The notes beneath the pieces are model-generated. The model worked only from the letters and a program-made list of their open reading frames with translations, searched no databases and was not told where the DNA came from. From Candidatus Rokuibacteriota bacterium (GTDB taxonomy: Bacteria > Methylomirabilota > Methylomirabilia > Rokubacteriales > DASRDR01), in the NCBI GenBank assembly GCA_044866005.1, contig JBIOTN010000086.1, positions 1 through 32,667 on the forward strand: DNA of 32,667 nucleotides, in the 5' to 3' direction. Position 1 is the stretch's first letter, and every line of letters starts with the position of its first letter. The position numbers and the translations under genes were made by a program. Below, piece after piece: positions 11,140 to 20,254 of this stretch.

Positions 11140-11751
11140 ATGAGGAAAGAGAGCCTGAGGAAGGCGAGCCTGGCAGCGGTCCCACTGGTCCTCGCGGCCT
11201 GCCTGGCCGTACCCCGGCTGGCGGCCGCGGACGCGATCCGGTTGAAGAACGGCAACGTGCTGGAGGTCGAGGCGTGGCGCGACGTCGGCGACGCCATCGA
11301 GTTCGCGAGCGGCGGGGGGATCGTGCGGATCGCCAAGAGCGAGGTCGCCCGGATCGAGGGCCGGCCGACGCGGAGCGACCTCAAGATGTACACCTCCGGC
11401 GTCAGCACCAGCACCGGCGGGGGCGCGGCGCTCGACCAGACCGGCGCCGTGGCGAAGATGAAGGACCTGCTCGGGCAGAGCGACGGCCTCTTCGCGCAGG
11501 CCGTGCTGTCGGCGACCGAAAAGGCCGGCGCCTTCCGGCGGCTCGGCGAGAAGTGGCGCGAGTTCGAGGTCCCGGAGCCGCTGCGCGACGCGCACACGCG
11601 CGGGCAGACCGCGCTCGACCTCGCGGCGGACGCGTTCACGGCGGAGGCGTCGGGGGCGGACCCGGACGACGCGCGCGAACGGGTCCAGCAGGCGCGGCGG
11701 GAGGTCCAGGCGGTCCAGGACGAGGTCAACAAGCTCGCCGGGTCGAGCTGA
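11140..11751 (+). CDS. Hypothetical secreted protein
   Basis: Strong SD (GGAGGAGGAGG), signal peptide ending LAAA-D, small beta domain DAIRLKNGNVLEV...IAKSEVARIE, Gly/Ser linker and helical C-terminus. Confidence 0.8.
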   Translation: MRKESLRKASLAAVPLVLAACLAVPRLAAADAIRLKNGNVLEVEAWRDVGDAIEFASGGGIVRIAKSEVARIEGRPTRSDLKMYTSGVSTSTGGGAALDQTGAVAKMKDLLGQSDGLFAQAVLSATEKAGAFRRLGEKWREFEVPEPLRDAHTRGQTALDLAADAFTAEASGADPDDARERVQQARREVQAVQDEVNKLAGSS

Positions 11752-11772
11752 GCCGGCCCACGGACGGACGCG

Positions 11773-12192
11773 ATGGACTGCGTGTTCTGCAAGATCCGGG
11801 ACGGCCAGGTCCCCGCGACGCGGGTCTACGAGGACGAGCGGACGCTCGCGTTCATGGACATCAACCCGCTGAACGACGGCCACTGTCTCGTCGTCACGCG
11901 GGCCCACGCCGCGACGCTCTGGGAGGTGACGGAGGCCGACCTCCAGGCCGCCATCGCGATCGCGCGGCGCGTCGCCGTCGCGCTCCGCGCGGCGCTCGCC
12001 CCGGACGGCCTGAACCTCTTGCAGGCCAACGGGGCGGCCGCCTTCCAGTCCGTGCCCCATTTCCACCTCCACCTCGTCCCGCGCTGGAAGGACGACGGCA
12101 AGGGCCTGGACTGGACGCTCGTGCCTGGTGATCGGGCCCGGATCCAGGCGACCGCGGAGAAGATCCGGACGGCGCTCAAGGGTCAGGCATGA
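11773..12192 (+). CDS. HIT-family (histidine triad) nucleotide hydrolase
   Basis: [33 protein letters not shown]. Confidence 0.95.
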   Translation: MDCVFCKIRDGQVPATRVYEDERTLAFMDINPLNDGHCLVVTRAHAATLWEVTEADLQAAIAIARRVAVALRAALAPDGLNLLQANGAAAFQSVPHFHLHLVPRWKDDGKGLDWTLVPGDRARIQATAEKIRTALKGQA

Positions 12193-12605
12193 CGGCTCCG
12201 GCCGAGCGGAAGATCCGCGTCCTCGTCGCGAAGCCCGGCCTCGACGGCCACGACCGGGGCGCGAAGATCGTCGCCCGGACCCTGCGCGACGCCGGCATGG
12301 AGGTGATCTACACGGGTCTCCACCAGACGCCGGAGCAGGTCGTGGCCACGGCGATCCAGGAGGACGTGGACGCCATCGGCCTCTCCGTCCTCTCGGGCGC
12401 CCACAACTACCTCTTCGGTCGCGTGCTCGAGCTGTTGCGGGAAAAGGGCGTGGACGACGTCGTCGTCTTCGGCGGGGGCATCATCCCGCCCGAGGACATC
12501 GCGCGGCTCAAGGCGAGCGGCGTGAAGGAGATCTTCACCCCCGGGACCTCGACGCGCGACATCGTCGCCTTCGTGCGCGAGCACGTCCGTCCCGTCCGCG
12601 CCTAG
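12189..12605 (+). CDS. Cobalamin-binding small subunit of acyl-CoA mutase
   Basis: [10 protein letters not shown] (DxHxxG), [24 protein letters not shown] overlap with the HIT stop. Confidence 0.95.
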   Translation: MTAPAERKIRVLVAKPGLDGHDRGAKIVARTLRDAGMEVIYTGLHQTPEQVVATAIQEDVDAIGLSVLSGAHNYLFGRVLELLREKGVDDVVVFGGGIIPPEDIARLKASGVKEIFTPGTSTRDIVAFVREHVRPVRA

Positions 12606-12650
12606 CGCCGTGAGCCCGCGAAACGCGGCCGCCGCAAGCGCGAGGCCCGT

Positions 12651-14312
12651 GTGAGGGCGCGCGGGCTCGACTGCTGGCCGGGGGAGCTCCTCCACGGGAT
12701 CCGCCCGGAGCACCGCCTCGGGCGCGACGTCCTCTGCTACGCCGACCGGCCGCCCGGCCTCGCCGCGATGCTGGCCCACGCGGCGGAGCGGGCCCCCGAT
12801 CGCGACGCGATCGTCCAGGGGACGGAGCGCCTGACCTGGCGCGAGCTCCAGCGCCGGGCTCGCCGGCTCGCCGCCGGCCTGGCGCGGACGGGCGTCGGGC
12901 GGGGCGACCGCGTGGCCACGCTCTTCGCCAACGGGATCCCCTTCTGCCTGACGGTCTTCGCCGCCGCCGAGCTCGGCGCCGTGCTGGTGCCGCTCAACAC
13001 GAAGCTCAAGCGGGGCGAGCTCGTCTTCATGCTGCGGGACGCCGGCGCGCGCGTCCTCCTGGCCGACCCGGAATGGTACGCGGAGGTGGCTCCCGCGCGC
13101 CTGGAGCTCCCCTGCGCCGCCGCCTGCTTCGTCGCCGGCCAGGGCGCCCCCGCCGGGGCCCGCCCGCTCGCCGCGCTCCTGGACGGGGCAGGGCCGGGGC
13201 CGGCCGCCGGCGCGCCCGGCCCGGCCGCGACGGACGACGCGCCGGCGTTCGTCCTCTACACGTCGGGGACGACCGGTCGGGCGAAGGGCGCGATCGTGAC
13301 CCACGCGAACGTCGTGCACTCGTGCACGACCTACCAGCGCGTCTACGGCCTCCGGGACGGAGAGCGGACGCTCGTCGCGGTCCCGCTCTTCCACGTGACG
13401 GGGCTCGTCGCCCAACTGCTGACGATGACGGCGGTCGCCGGCACGACCGTGATCCTGCCGCGCTTCGACCCCGCGGCGGCGCTGTCGCTCCTGGCGGCCG
13501 AGGCGATCACGCACATGATCGCCGCGCCCACCGTCTACGTCATGCTGATGGCGCAGCCCGGGTTCGAGGCCGTCCGGCTCCCCGGCCTCCGGGTCCTCGG
13601 CTACGGCGGCGCCCCGATCGCCTCGGCCACGGTGCACCGCCTCCGCGCCTGGCTCCCCGGGGTACGGCTCCACAACACCTACGGCCTCACGGAGACCGCG
13701 TCGCCCGCGACCTGCCTGCCCGACGCGGCCGCCCTCGACCGGATCGGCTCCGTGGGGCGACCGGTGCCGGTCGCCGAGTGCCGCACGATCGAGCCGGGCA
13801 GCGGGCGCGAGTGCGACGCCGGCGAGGTCGGCGAGCTGTGGGTGAAGGGCCCGATGGTCGTCGCCGGCTACTGGGCCAACCCCGAGGCGACCGCCGCCGC
13901 CATCGTGGACGGCGGGTGGCTCCGGACCGGGGACCTCGCGGCGATCGACGGCGCGGGCTACGTCACGATCAAGGACCGGCTCAAGGACATGATCAACCGG
14001 GGCGGCGAGAAGGTGTACTGCGTCGAGGTCGAGGAGGTCCTCTGCGGCCACCCCGGCGTCCTCGAGGCGGCCGTGGTGGGCGTGCCCGACCCGGTGTACG
14101 GTGAGGTGGTGAAGGCCTGCGTCGTCCCCCGGCCCGGTACGCGGCTCGATGCGGGCGAGGTGCGCGACTGGGTCCGGGCGCGCCTGGCGAAGTTCAAGGC
14201 GCCCGAGCACGTCGAGGTCCGGGACGCGCTTCCCCGCAACCCGAACGGCAAGGTCGTCAAGAGCCTCCTCCGGGGAGTCGGGGCGGCCGCCGCGGCCGAG
14301 GCGCGCGCATGA
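12651..14312 (+). CDS. Class I adenylate-forming enzyme (acyl-CoA synthetase)
   Basis: YTSGTTGRAKG, PLFHVTG, YGLTET, WLRTGD, DRLKDMINRGGEKV, PRNPNGKV. Confidence 0.92.
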   Translation: MRARGLDCWPGELLHGIRPEHRLGRDVLCYADRPPGLAAMLAHAAERAPDRDAIVQGTERLTWRELQRRARRLAAGLARTGVGRGDRVATLFANGIPFCLTVFAAAELGAVLVPLNTKLKRGELVFMLRDAGARVLLADPEWYAEVAPARLELPCAAACFVAGQGAPAGARPLAALLDGAGPGPAAGAPGPAATDDAPAFVLYTSGTTGRAKGAIVTHANVVHSCTTYQRVYGLRDGERTLVAVPLFHVTGLVAQLLTMTAVAGTTVILPRFDPAAALSLLAAEAITHMIAAPTVYVMLMAQPGFEAVRLPGLRVLGYGGAPIASATVHRLRAWLPGVRLHNTYGLTETASPATCLPDAAALDRIGSVGRPVPVAECRTIEPGSGRECDAGEVGELWVKGPMVVAGYWANPEATAAAIVDGGWLRTGDLAAIDGAGYVTIKDRLKDMINRGGEKVYCVEVEEVLCGHPGVLEAAVVGVPDPVYGEVVKACVVPRPGTRLDAGEVRDWVRARLAKFKAPEHVEVRDALPRNPNGKVVKSLLRGVGAAAAAEARA

Positions 14313-14524
14313 TCCTGCGGCTCACGATCGCCATGCTCGTCCTGATGCTGGCGGCCGAAGAGTTCCTCCGCGCGGGACCGGCCGCCGCGGAGCTGGTGCG
14401 GCGGCCCGGCGAGCTCGTCGACGCGCTGCTCTCGGGGGACGGCAGCGTCGGCCCCTGGCTTTTGGCGGCGTACGGCCTCGTCCTGCTCGTCCGGGCCTGG
14501 GCACACCGCCGGCCGGGCCGATGA
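14309..14524 (+). CDS. Small hypothetical membrane protein
   Basis: ATGA overlap with the upstream stop and two hydrophobic segments. Its stop codon lies inside the TIR of the repeat element. Confidence 0.55.
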   Translation: MILRLTIAMLVLMLAAEEFLRAGPAAAELVRRPGELVDALLSGDGSVGPWLLAAYGLVLLVRAWAHRRPGR

Positions 14525-14685
14525 GCGTCGCATCCCGGCGTCCGGCATCACGGCCGGGACGCGCTCGGCCTGCGGCCTCGCGGCCGTCCCGGCCTCTGGG
14601 GTCGTCGGCGGGCCTCAACGTATGCCGCATACGCCTCGGCCCGCCTCCTCCCTGCGTCCTAGGGCTGCTCGCTCCTCGGCCCGGC
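14512..14685. repeat. MITE/REP-like element, copy 2 (174 bp, inverted relative to copy 1)
   Basis: TIRs GCCGGGCCGATGAGCG / CGCTCCTCGGCCCGGC. Internal stems at 14552-14561/14585-14594 and CGTATGC/GCATACG. Confidence 0.85.
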
Positions 14686-14687
14686 CG

Positions 14688-14731
14688 GGCCGAGGAGCGT
14701 CGCATGAGGCCGAGGAGCGTCGCATGAGGCC
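14688..14731 (+). repeat. 20-bp tandem duplication of a TIR-derived unit (GGCCGAGGAGCGTCGCATGA x2 + GGCC)
   Basis: Exact tandem copies at 14688-14707 and 14708-14727, directly before the ATG at 14732. Confidence 0.85.
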
Positions 14732-15877
14732 ATGGATTTCGAGCTGAGCGAGGAGCAGGAGCTCGTCCGGCGCACCGCGCGCGAGTTCGCCGAGGGCGAG
14801 ATCGCCCCGGTGATCGCGCGCTACGACGAGGCGGAAGAGTTCCCCGCCGAGCTGATCCGCCGGCTGGGCGAGCTCGGCTTCCTGGGCGCGCTCTTCCCAC
14901 CCGACTACGGCGGCGCCGGGCTCGACTACGTCTCCTACGCGCTCGTGGTCGAGGAGCTCTCCCGCGTGGACGGCTCGGTCGGCATCACCATGTGGGCCCA
15001 CAACTCGCTCTGCACGAACCACATCTACACGTTCGGCACCGAGGCCCAGCGCCAGCAGTACCTGCCGCCGCTCTGCCGGGGCGAAGTCCTCGGGGCGTGG
15101 GGGCTGACCGAGCCCGGCTCGGGCTCGGATGCCGCCGCGATGAAGACCGTCGCGGTGGAGGACGCCGAGGCCTTCATCCTGACCGGCTCGAAAGCCTTCA
15201 TCACCAACGGCAGCGTCGCCGGGACGGCGGTCGTCATGGCCCGGACCGACCCCGGGGCCGGCGCGCGCGGCATCTCGGCCTTCATCCTCGAGCGCGGGAT
15301 GCCGGGGTTCCGGGCCGGCCAGCGCTACAAGAAGCTCGGCCTCCACGCCTCCGACACGGCCGAGCTCGTCCTGGAGGCCGTGCGCGTGCCGAAGGCGAAC
15401 CTCCTCGGGGCGAAGAACCAGGGCTTCCGGCAGACGAAGCAGGTGCTGGAGGGCGGCCGGATCGCCATGGCCGCGATGGCCGTCGGGCTCGCCCAGGGGG
15501 CCCTCGACCAGGCGGTGGCGTACGCCCGCGAGCGGCAGGCCTTCGGGCGGCCGATCGGCGAGTTCCAGGGGCTCCAGGGGATGCTGGCCGACCTCGCCAC
15601 CGAAGTGGAGGCCGCCCGGCTCCTCACGCTCCGCGCCGCCTACGGCAAGGACCAGGGGCGGCCCGTGATGCGCGAGGCGTCGATGGCGAAGCTCTTCGCC
15701 TCCGAGGTCGGGATGAAGTGCGCGACCAAGGCCGTGCAGATCCACGGCGGCTACGGCTACACCCGCGAGTTCCCGATCGAGCGCTTCTTCCGCGACGTCA
15801 AGCTCTGCGAGATCGGCGAGGGGACCTCCGAGATCCAGCGCCTGGTCATCGCCCGTCACCTCCTGGAGTCCCGCTGA
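14732..15877 (+). CDS. Acyl-CoA dehydrogenase
   Basis: WGLTEPGSGSD, GSKAFITNG, KLGLHAS, QIHGGYGY, EIGEGTSEIQ. Confidence 0.95.
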   Translation: MDFELSEEQELVRRTAREFAEGEIAPVIARYDEAEEFPAELIRRLGELGFLGALFPPDYGGAGLDYVSYALVVEELSRVDGSVGITMWAHNSLCTNHIYTFGTEAQRQQYLPPLCRGEVLGAWGLTEPGSGSDAAAMKTVAVEDAEAFILTGSKAFITNGSVAGTAVVMARTDPGAGARGISAFILERGMPGFRAGQRYKKLGLHASDTAELVLEAVRVPKANLLGAKNQGFRQTKQVLEGGRIAMAAMAVGLAQGALDQAVAYARERQAFGRPIGEFQGLQGMLADLATEVEAARLLTLRAAYGKDQGRPVMREASMAKLFASEVGMKCATKAVQIHGGYGYTREFPIERFFRDVKLCEIGEGTSEIQRLVIARHLLESR

Positions 15878-15945
15878 GGCGTGTTGGATCTGAGGCAAGC
15901 GTCACGGTTCGAGTGTCTCGCCGCGCCGCCTTCTGGGGGAGGTCT

Positions 15946-15973
15946 CGGAGGGGGGCCGTCGAGGCCCCTCCCG
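15946..15973. repeat. GC-rich REP-like hairpin (CGGAGGGGGGCCGTCGAGGCCCCTCCCG)
   Basis: Imperfect inverted repeat. A half-copy occurs in reverse orientation at 25810-25828. Confidence 0.65.
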
Positions 15974-15977
15974 TGAA

Positions 15978-16766
15978 ATGAAGTTGGACGGCGCCCGCGT
16001 GCGCTACATCGCGGAGCAGGGCATCGGCCGGATCACGCTCACGCGGCCCGAGGTCCTGAACGCGCTCGACACCCGGCTCGCCGAGGAGCTGGCCGAGGCC
16101 GTGGCGCTCGCCGAGAAGGATCCCGAGGCGTGGGTCGTCGTGGTCGCGGGGCAGGGGCGGGCCTTTTCCTCGGGCATGGACCGCCGCGCCCTCTCCGCCG
16201 GCCAGATCGGCGAGCCGTTCTTTCGCCACTGGATCCGCGCGCTCAACGGGCTCGAGGACATGGGCAAGATCGTGGTCGCGGCGATTCGCGGCTACTGCCT
16301 CGGCGGCGGGCTCCAGCTCGCGCTCGCCTGCGACCTCCGGCTGACCGCCTCGGACGCGGTGCTGGGGCTCGGCGCGACGCGCCATGGCCTCGTCCCCGAC
16401 GGCGCCGTCCTCCGGCTCGCGCGCGTCGTGGGGCTCGGGCGCGCCAAGGAGCTCGCCCTCCTCGACGACCGCATCCGGCCCCGGGCGGCGCTCGCCATGG
16501 GGCTCGTGAACTGGGTGGCCGCGCCGGCGCGGTTCGACGCGACGCTGCGCCGCGTCCTCGGCAAGTGCCTCCAGGCCGCCCCCACGGCCGCACGGCACAC
16601 CAAGCGGCTCCTCCAGGCCTCGTACCACGACGACCCGCGCGCCCTGATCGAGGAGGTCGTCGCCGCGCAGATGGACTGCCTCCGCTCGTGGGAGCTGGCG
16701 GAGGCCAACCAGGCGTGGGACGAGCGGCGCGAGGCGCGCTTCTTCCCGCGGCCCCCGCGGCCTTGA
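15978..16766 (+). CDS. Crotonase-superfamily protein (enoyl-CoA hydratase/isomerase fold, atypical active site)
   Basis: ITLTRPEVLNALD, AFSSGMD, GYCLGGGLQLALACD, GLVPDG, AMGLVNWV. Confidence 0.9.
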   Translation: MKLDGARVRYIAEQGIGRITLTRPEVLNALDTRLAEELAEAVALAEKDPEAWVVVVAGQGRAFSSGMDRRALSAGQIGEPFFRHWIRALNGLEDMGKIVVAAIRGYCLGGGLQLALACDLRLTASDAVLGLGATRHGLVPDGAVLRLARVVGLGRAKELALLDDRIRPRAALAMGLVNWVAAPARFDATLRRVLGKCLQAAPTAARHTKRLLQASYHDDPRALIEEVVAAQMDCLRSWELAEANQAWDERREARFFPRPPRP

Positions 16767-16791
16767 ACGGCCCCGGGACGGGGCTTACAAT
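16763..16791 (+). promoter_or_regulatory. sigma70-type promoter for the sugar-type ABC operon
   Basis: TTGAAC (16763-16768, overlapping the crotonase stop), 17-bp spacer, TACAAT (16786-16791). Confidence 0.6.
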
Positions 16792-16885
16792 ACCTCCGTC
16801 ACGGTCTTCGCAGGTCCGTCCACCCGGCCTGGTCCTCGGCCGCGGCTCCCGGGCCCGGTCCAGGCTTCACACGGAGGAGCGGCCC

Positions 16886-18226
16886 ATGTCCGACACCGTC
16901 AGTCGCCGTCGATTCCTCAAGGCCACCGGGGCCGGTGCCCTCGCGGCGGGGCTCGGGGCGAACATCATCGTGCCCGGGCGGGCCCGCGCGGCCAAGAAGA
17001 GCCTCAAGATCCTCCAGTGGGTCCACTTCGTGCCGGCCTACGACGAGTGGTTCAACAAGAAGTACGTGAAGGAGTGGGGGGAGAAGAACGACACCGAGGT
17101 CACGGTCGACAACATCGGCATCGCCGGGCTGAGCGCCCGCGCCGCGGCCGAGATCTCCGCCCAGAAGGGCCACGACCTCTTCCTGTTCAACTGGCCGCCG
17201 CCGTCGCTCGAAGAGCAGACCGTCGACATGAAGGAAGTGGCCCAGGAGTGCGAGCGGAAGTTCGGGAAGCCGATCGAGCTGGCCACCAAGAGCACCCACA
17301 ACCCGAAGACCAAGAAGTACTTCGCGTTCTCGCCCTCCTTCACCCCGGACCCGGTCAACTACCGGCAGGACCTCTTCGGCCAGGTGGGCATGCCCCACGG
17401 ACCGACCTCCTGGGACGACGTCCGCAGCGCCGGGGCCAAGATCAAGAAGCAGGCCGGCAACCCCGTCGGCATCGGCCTCGCCCAGGAGATCGACACGGCG
17501 ATGGCGATGCGGACGATCATGTACTCGTGGGGCGCGCACGAGCAGGACGCGGAGGGAAACCTCGCGCTCGACTCCAAGCAGACGCTGGAGGCGATCAAGT
17601 TCGTCAAGGCCCTGTTCGAAGAGACGATGACGCCGGAAGTCTTCACCTGGGACGCCTCCTCCAACAACCGGGCGATGATCGCCGGCAAGATCTCGCTGGC
17701 CTTGAACGCCATCTCCATCACCCGCACGGCCGAGAAGGAGAACCCGGACATCTCGCGGAAGATCCAGCTCACCAAGGCCCTCAAGGGCCCGGTGCGCGCC
17801 ATCGGCCTCGAGCACGTGATGGACTGCTACGTCATCTGGAAGTTCGCCGAGAACGTCGAGGGGGCCAAGAAGTTCCTCATCGACTACGTCTCGAACTTCC
17901 GCACGGCCTTCGTGTCCGGGGAGTTCTACGACTTCCCCTGCTATCCGAAGACCGTGCCCGACCTCCAGAAGCTGATCTCGAGCGACCAGAAGGCCCACCC
18001 GCCCGAGAAGTACAAGGTCCTGGACGACGTGCTGAACTGGGCGACCAACGTGGGGTACCCCGGCTACGCCAACGCGGCCATCGACGAGATCTACAACACG
18101 TGGGTCCTGAACGTCATGTTCGGGAAGGCGGCCAGCGGCTCGGCGAGCCCGGAAGAGGCCCTCAAGGAAGCGGTCGCCGCCTCCAAGCGCATCTTCGCCA
18201 AGTGGAAGGACAAGGGGCTCGTGTGA
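16886..18226 (+). CDS. Carbohydrate-type ABC transporter substrate-binding protein, Tat-exported
   Basis: GGAGGAG SD, twin-arginine SRRRFLK signal, YRQDLF..VG and P.SWDD motifs. It is followed by two CUT1 permeases. Confidence 0.9.
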   Translation: MSDTVSRRRFLKATGAGALAAGLGANIIVPGRARAAKKSLKILQWVHFVPAYDEWFNKKYVKEWGEKNDTEVTVDNIGIAGLSARAAAEISAQKGHDLFLFNWPPPSLEEQTVDMKEVAQECERKFGKPIELATKSTHNPKTKKYFAFSPSFTPDPVNYRQDLFGQVGMPHGPTSWDDVRSAGAKIKKQAGNPVGIGLAQEIDTAMAMRTIMYSWGAHEQDAEGNLALDSKQTLEAIKFVKALFEETMTPEVFTWDASSNNRAMIAGKISLALNAISITRTAEKENPDISRKIQLTKALKGPVRAIGLEHVMDCYVIWKFAENVEGAKKFLIDYVSNFRTAFVSGEFYDFPCYPKTVPDLQKLISSDQKAHPPEKYKVLDDVLNWATNVGYPGYANAAIDEIYNTWVLNVMFGKAASGSASPEEALKEAVAASKRIFAKWKDKGLV

Positions 18227-18229
18227 TCC

Positions 18230-18297
18230 CGGCGGGGGGCGTGGCCCCCCGCCGAGGACATCGCTCGACGAGAGGCTCCGGGTCCCCGGAGCCTCTC
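18230..18297 (+). other. Tandem stem-loops after the SBP gene (mRNA stabiliser/partial terminator)
   Basis: 10-bp stem 18230-18239/18245-18254 and 12-bp stem 18270-18281/18286-18297, with no U-tract. Confidence 0.6.
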
Positions 18298-18342
18298 CTC
18301 ACTTCTGCGACCCTCGCCGCCCCGAGACCCTGAGCGGCGCCG

Positions 18343-19287
18343 ATGGCGATCCTCGAGCACAGGGCCGCCGCGGCGCGGGCGCGCCGGCCCGGGCGCCTGG
18401 CCGTGCTCCTCGGCAGCGAGAAGTGGCTGGGGCGCCTCATGCTCGCCCCGGCCGTCCTCTACATCACCCTGCTGGTGGGCTTCCCCTTCTTCCTCGCGCT
18501 CTACTACAGCGTGAGCGACATCACCCTGGGGAGCCAGAGCCTCGGATTCGTCGGGCTCAAGCACTTCGTGGCGGTGGTCGAGACGACGAAGTTCCGCACG
18601 GCGCTCCAGAACACCTTCGTGTTCGCGGTCGGCGCCCAGGTCCTGGTGATCGTCCTGGCCAACGTGCTCGCGCTCCTCCTCCAGAAAGACTTCCGGGGCA
18701 AGTGGTTCGTCCGCCTCCTGATCCTGCTGCCCTGGGTCGCCCCCATCTCCCTCGGCACCATCGGCTGGCTGTGGATCCTGGACTCGACCTACAGCGTGAT
18801 CAACTGGACGCTCCAGGCCGCGGGCCTGGTGAGGCCCGAGGCGGGGTTCATGTGGCTCGGCGTGCCGCGCCTGGCGATGGGATCCATCATCACGATCCAC
18901 GTCTGGCGGCTCCTGCCGCTGGCGACGGTGATCATCCTGGCGGGCCTGAGCGCCATTCCGCAGGAGGTCTACGACGCCGCGGCCGTGGACGGCGCCGGGC
19001 CCTGGCGCCGCCACTTCCGGATCACGCTGCCGCTGATCATGCCCGTCATGATGGTGGCCGGCCTCTTCGGGCTGATCTTCGCCTTCACCGACATGATCGT
19101 GATCTACGTGCTCACGCGCGGCGGCCCCTACGACACCACGCAGGTCCTGGCGACCCTCGCCTTCTTCACCGGGATCGCGGCGGGCGACCTGGGGGAGGGC
19201 GCCGCCATCTCGCTCTTCCTCTTCCCGCTCCTGCTCGCCGCGGCGGTCGTGCTGCTCCGCATCGCCCGGCGCACGGAGGTCACCTGA
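18343..19287 (+). CDS. Carbohydrate ABC transporter permease 1
   Basis: Multiple TM helices, EAA-like loop IPQEVYDAAAVDGA, LTRGGP. Confidence 0.93.
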   Translation: MAILEHRAAAARARRPGRLAVLLGSEKWLGRLMLAPAVLYITLLVGFPFFLALYYSVSDITLGSQSLGFVGLKHFVAVVETTKFRTALQNTFVFAVGAQVLVIVLANVLALLLQKDFRGKWFVRLLILLPWVAPISLGTIGWLWILDSTYSVINWTLQAAGLVRPEAGFMWLGVPRLAMGSIITIHVWRLLPLATVIILAGLSAIPQEVYDAAAVDGAGPWRRHFRITLPLIMPVMMVAGLFGLIFAFTDMIVIYVLTRGGPYDTTQVLATLAFFTGIAAGDLGEGAAISLFLFPLLLAAAVVLLRIARRTEVT

Positions 19288-19288
19288 G

Positions 19289-20137
19289 ATGGCGCCCCAC
19301 AGCCTGAAGCGCTGGGGCCTGGGCGGCGTGCAGGTCGGCCTCATGGCGGCGTTCACCCTCTTCGCCGCCTTCCCCTTCTACTGGATGCTCGTGACCGCGT
19401 TCAAGCAGACGCCGGACCTCATGAACCGGCAGAGCAACCCCTTCGTGTTCAACCTGCCGCCGACCCTGGAGCACATTCGCATCCTGTTCGACGACACCCT
19501 GTACGGGCGCTGGCTCTTCAACACCGCGCTCGTGGGGGTCCTCGTCGTCGGCATCACCCTGTTCCTGGCGCTCCCCGCGGGCTACGCGCTGGCGCGCCTC
19601 ACGGGCCGAGCCGGCGAGCGGCTCGGGATCGCGATCTTCCTGACCTACCTGGTTCCCCCCACGCTCCTCTTCATCCCCCTCTCCCGGGTCGTCGTCGCGC
19701 TCGGGCTCCAGGACTCGCTGTGGTCCCTGGTGGTGGTGTACCCGTCGTTCACGGTGCCGTTCTCCACCTGGCTCCTCATGGGGTTCTTCAAGGCCATCCC
19801 CCGGGACCTCGAGGAGGCCGCGATGATCGACGGCCTGAGCCGGTTCGGGGCGTTCGTGCGAGTGGTCGTGCCGATCTCGGTCGCCGGGATCCTCACGGTC
19901 GTCATCTTCACCTTCACCCTGGTGACCCAGGAGTTCGTCTACGCGCTCACGTTCATCTCGCCGGCCTCCCAGTACACGGTGAGCGTGGGCGTGCCGACCT
20001 TCCTCGTCCACGGCGACGTCTATTTCTGGGGCTCGCTGATGGCCGGGTGCTTCATCGCCAGCGTCCCGATCGCGATCGTCTACAATTTCTTCGTCGATCG
20101 GTTCATCGCCGGCTTCACCGTCGGCGCCGTCAAGTAG
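19289..20137 (+). CDS. Carbohydrate ABC transporter permease 2
   Basis: FPFYWML.TAFK, IPRDLEEAAMIDG, WGSLMAG. Confidence 0.93.
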   Translation: MAPHSLKRWGLGGVQVGLMAAFTLFAAFPFYWMLVTAFKQTPDLMNRQSNPFVFNLPPTLEHIRILFDDTLYGRWLFNTALVGVLVVGITLFLALPAGYALARLTGRAGERLGIAIFLTYLVPPTLLFIPLSRVVVALGLQDSLWSLVVVYPSFTVPFSTWLLMGFFKAIPRDLEEAAMIDGLSRFGAFVRVVVPISVAGILTVVIFTFTLVTQEFVYALTFISPASQYTVSVGVPTFLVHGDVYFWGSLMAGCFIASVPIAIVYNFFVDRFIAGFTVGAVK

Positions 20138-20224
20138 CGCCGGCCCGGCGTCCGGGCGTTCGCCCCCGTCTCCGCGACGCGGGCCGCGCCGCCGCGCCAG
20201 GTGCGGCGTAAGTCCGCGTCCTGC

Positions 20225-20254
20225 TTGACAGGCGCCGCCGCCCTCCGATACACT
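20225..20254 (+). promoter_or_regulatory. sigma70-type promoter for the CoA-transferase/ABC operon
   Basis: TTGACA (20225-20230), 18-bp spacer, TACACT (20249-20254). Confidence 0.65.

Noticed and set aside
14688..14731. CRISPR-like repeat
   Set aside because: There are only two adjacent 20-bp units with no spacers and no cas genes in the window.
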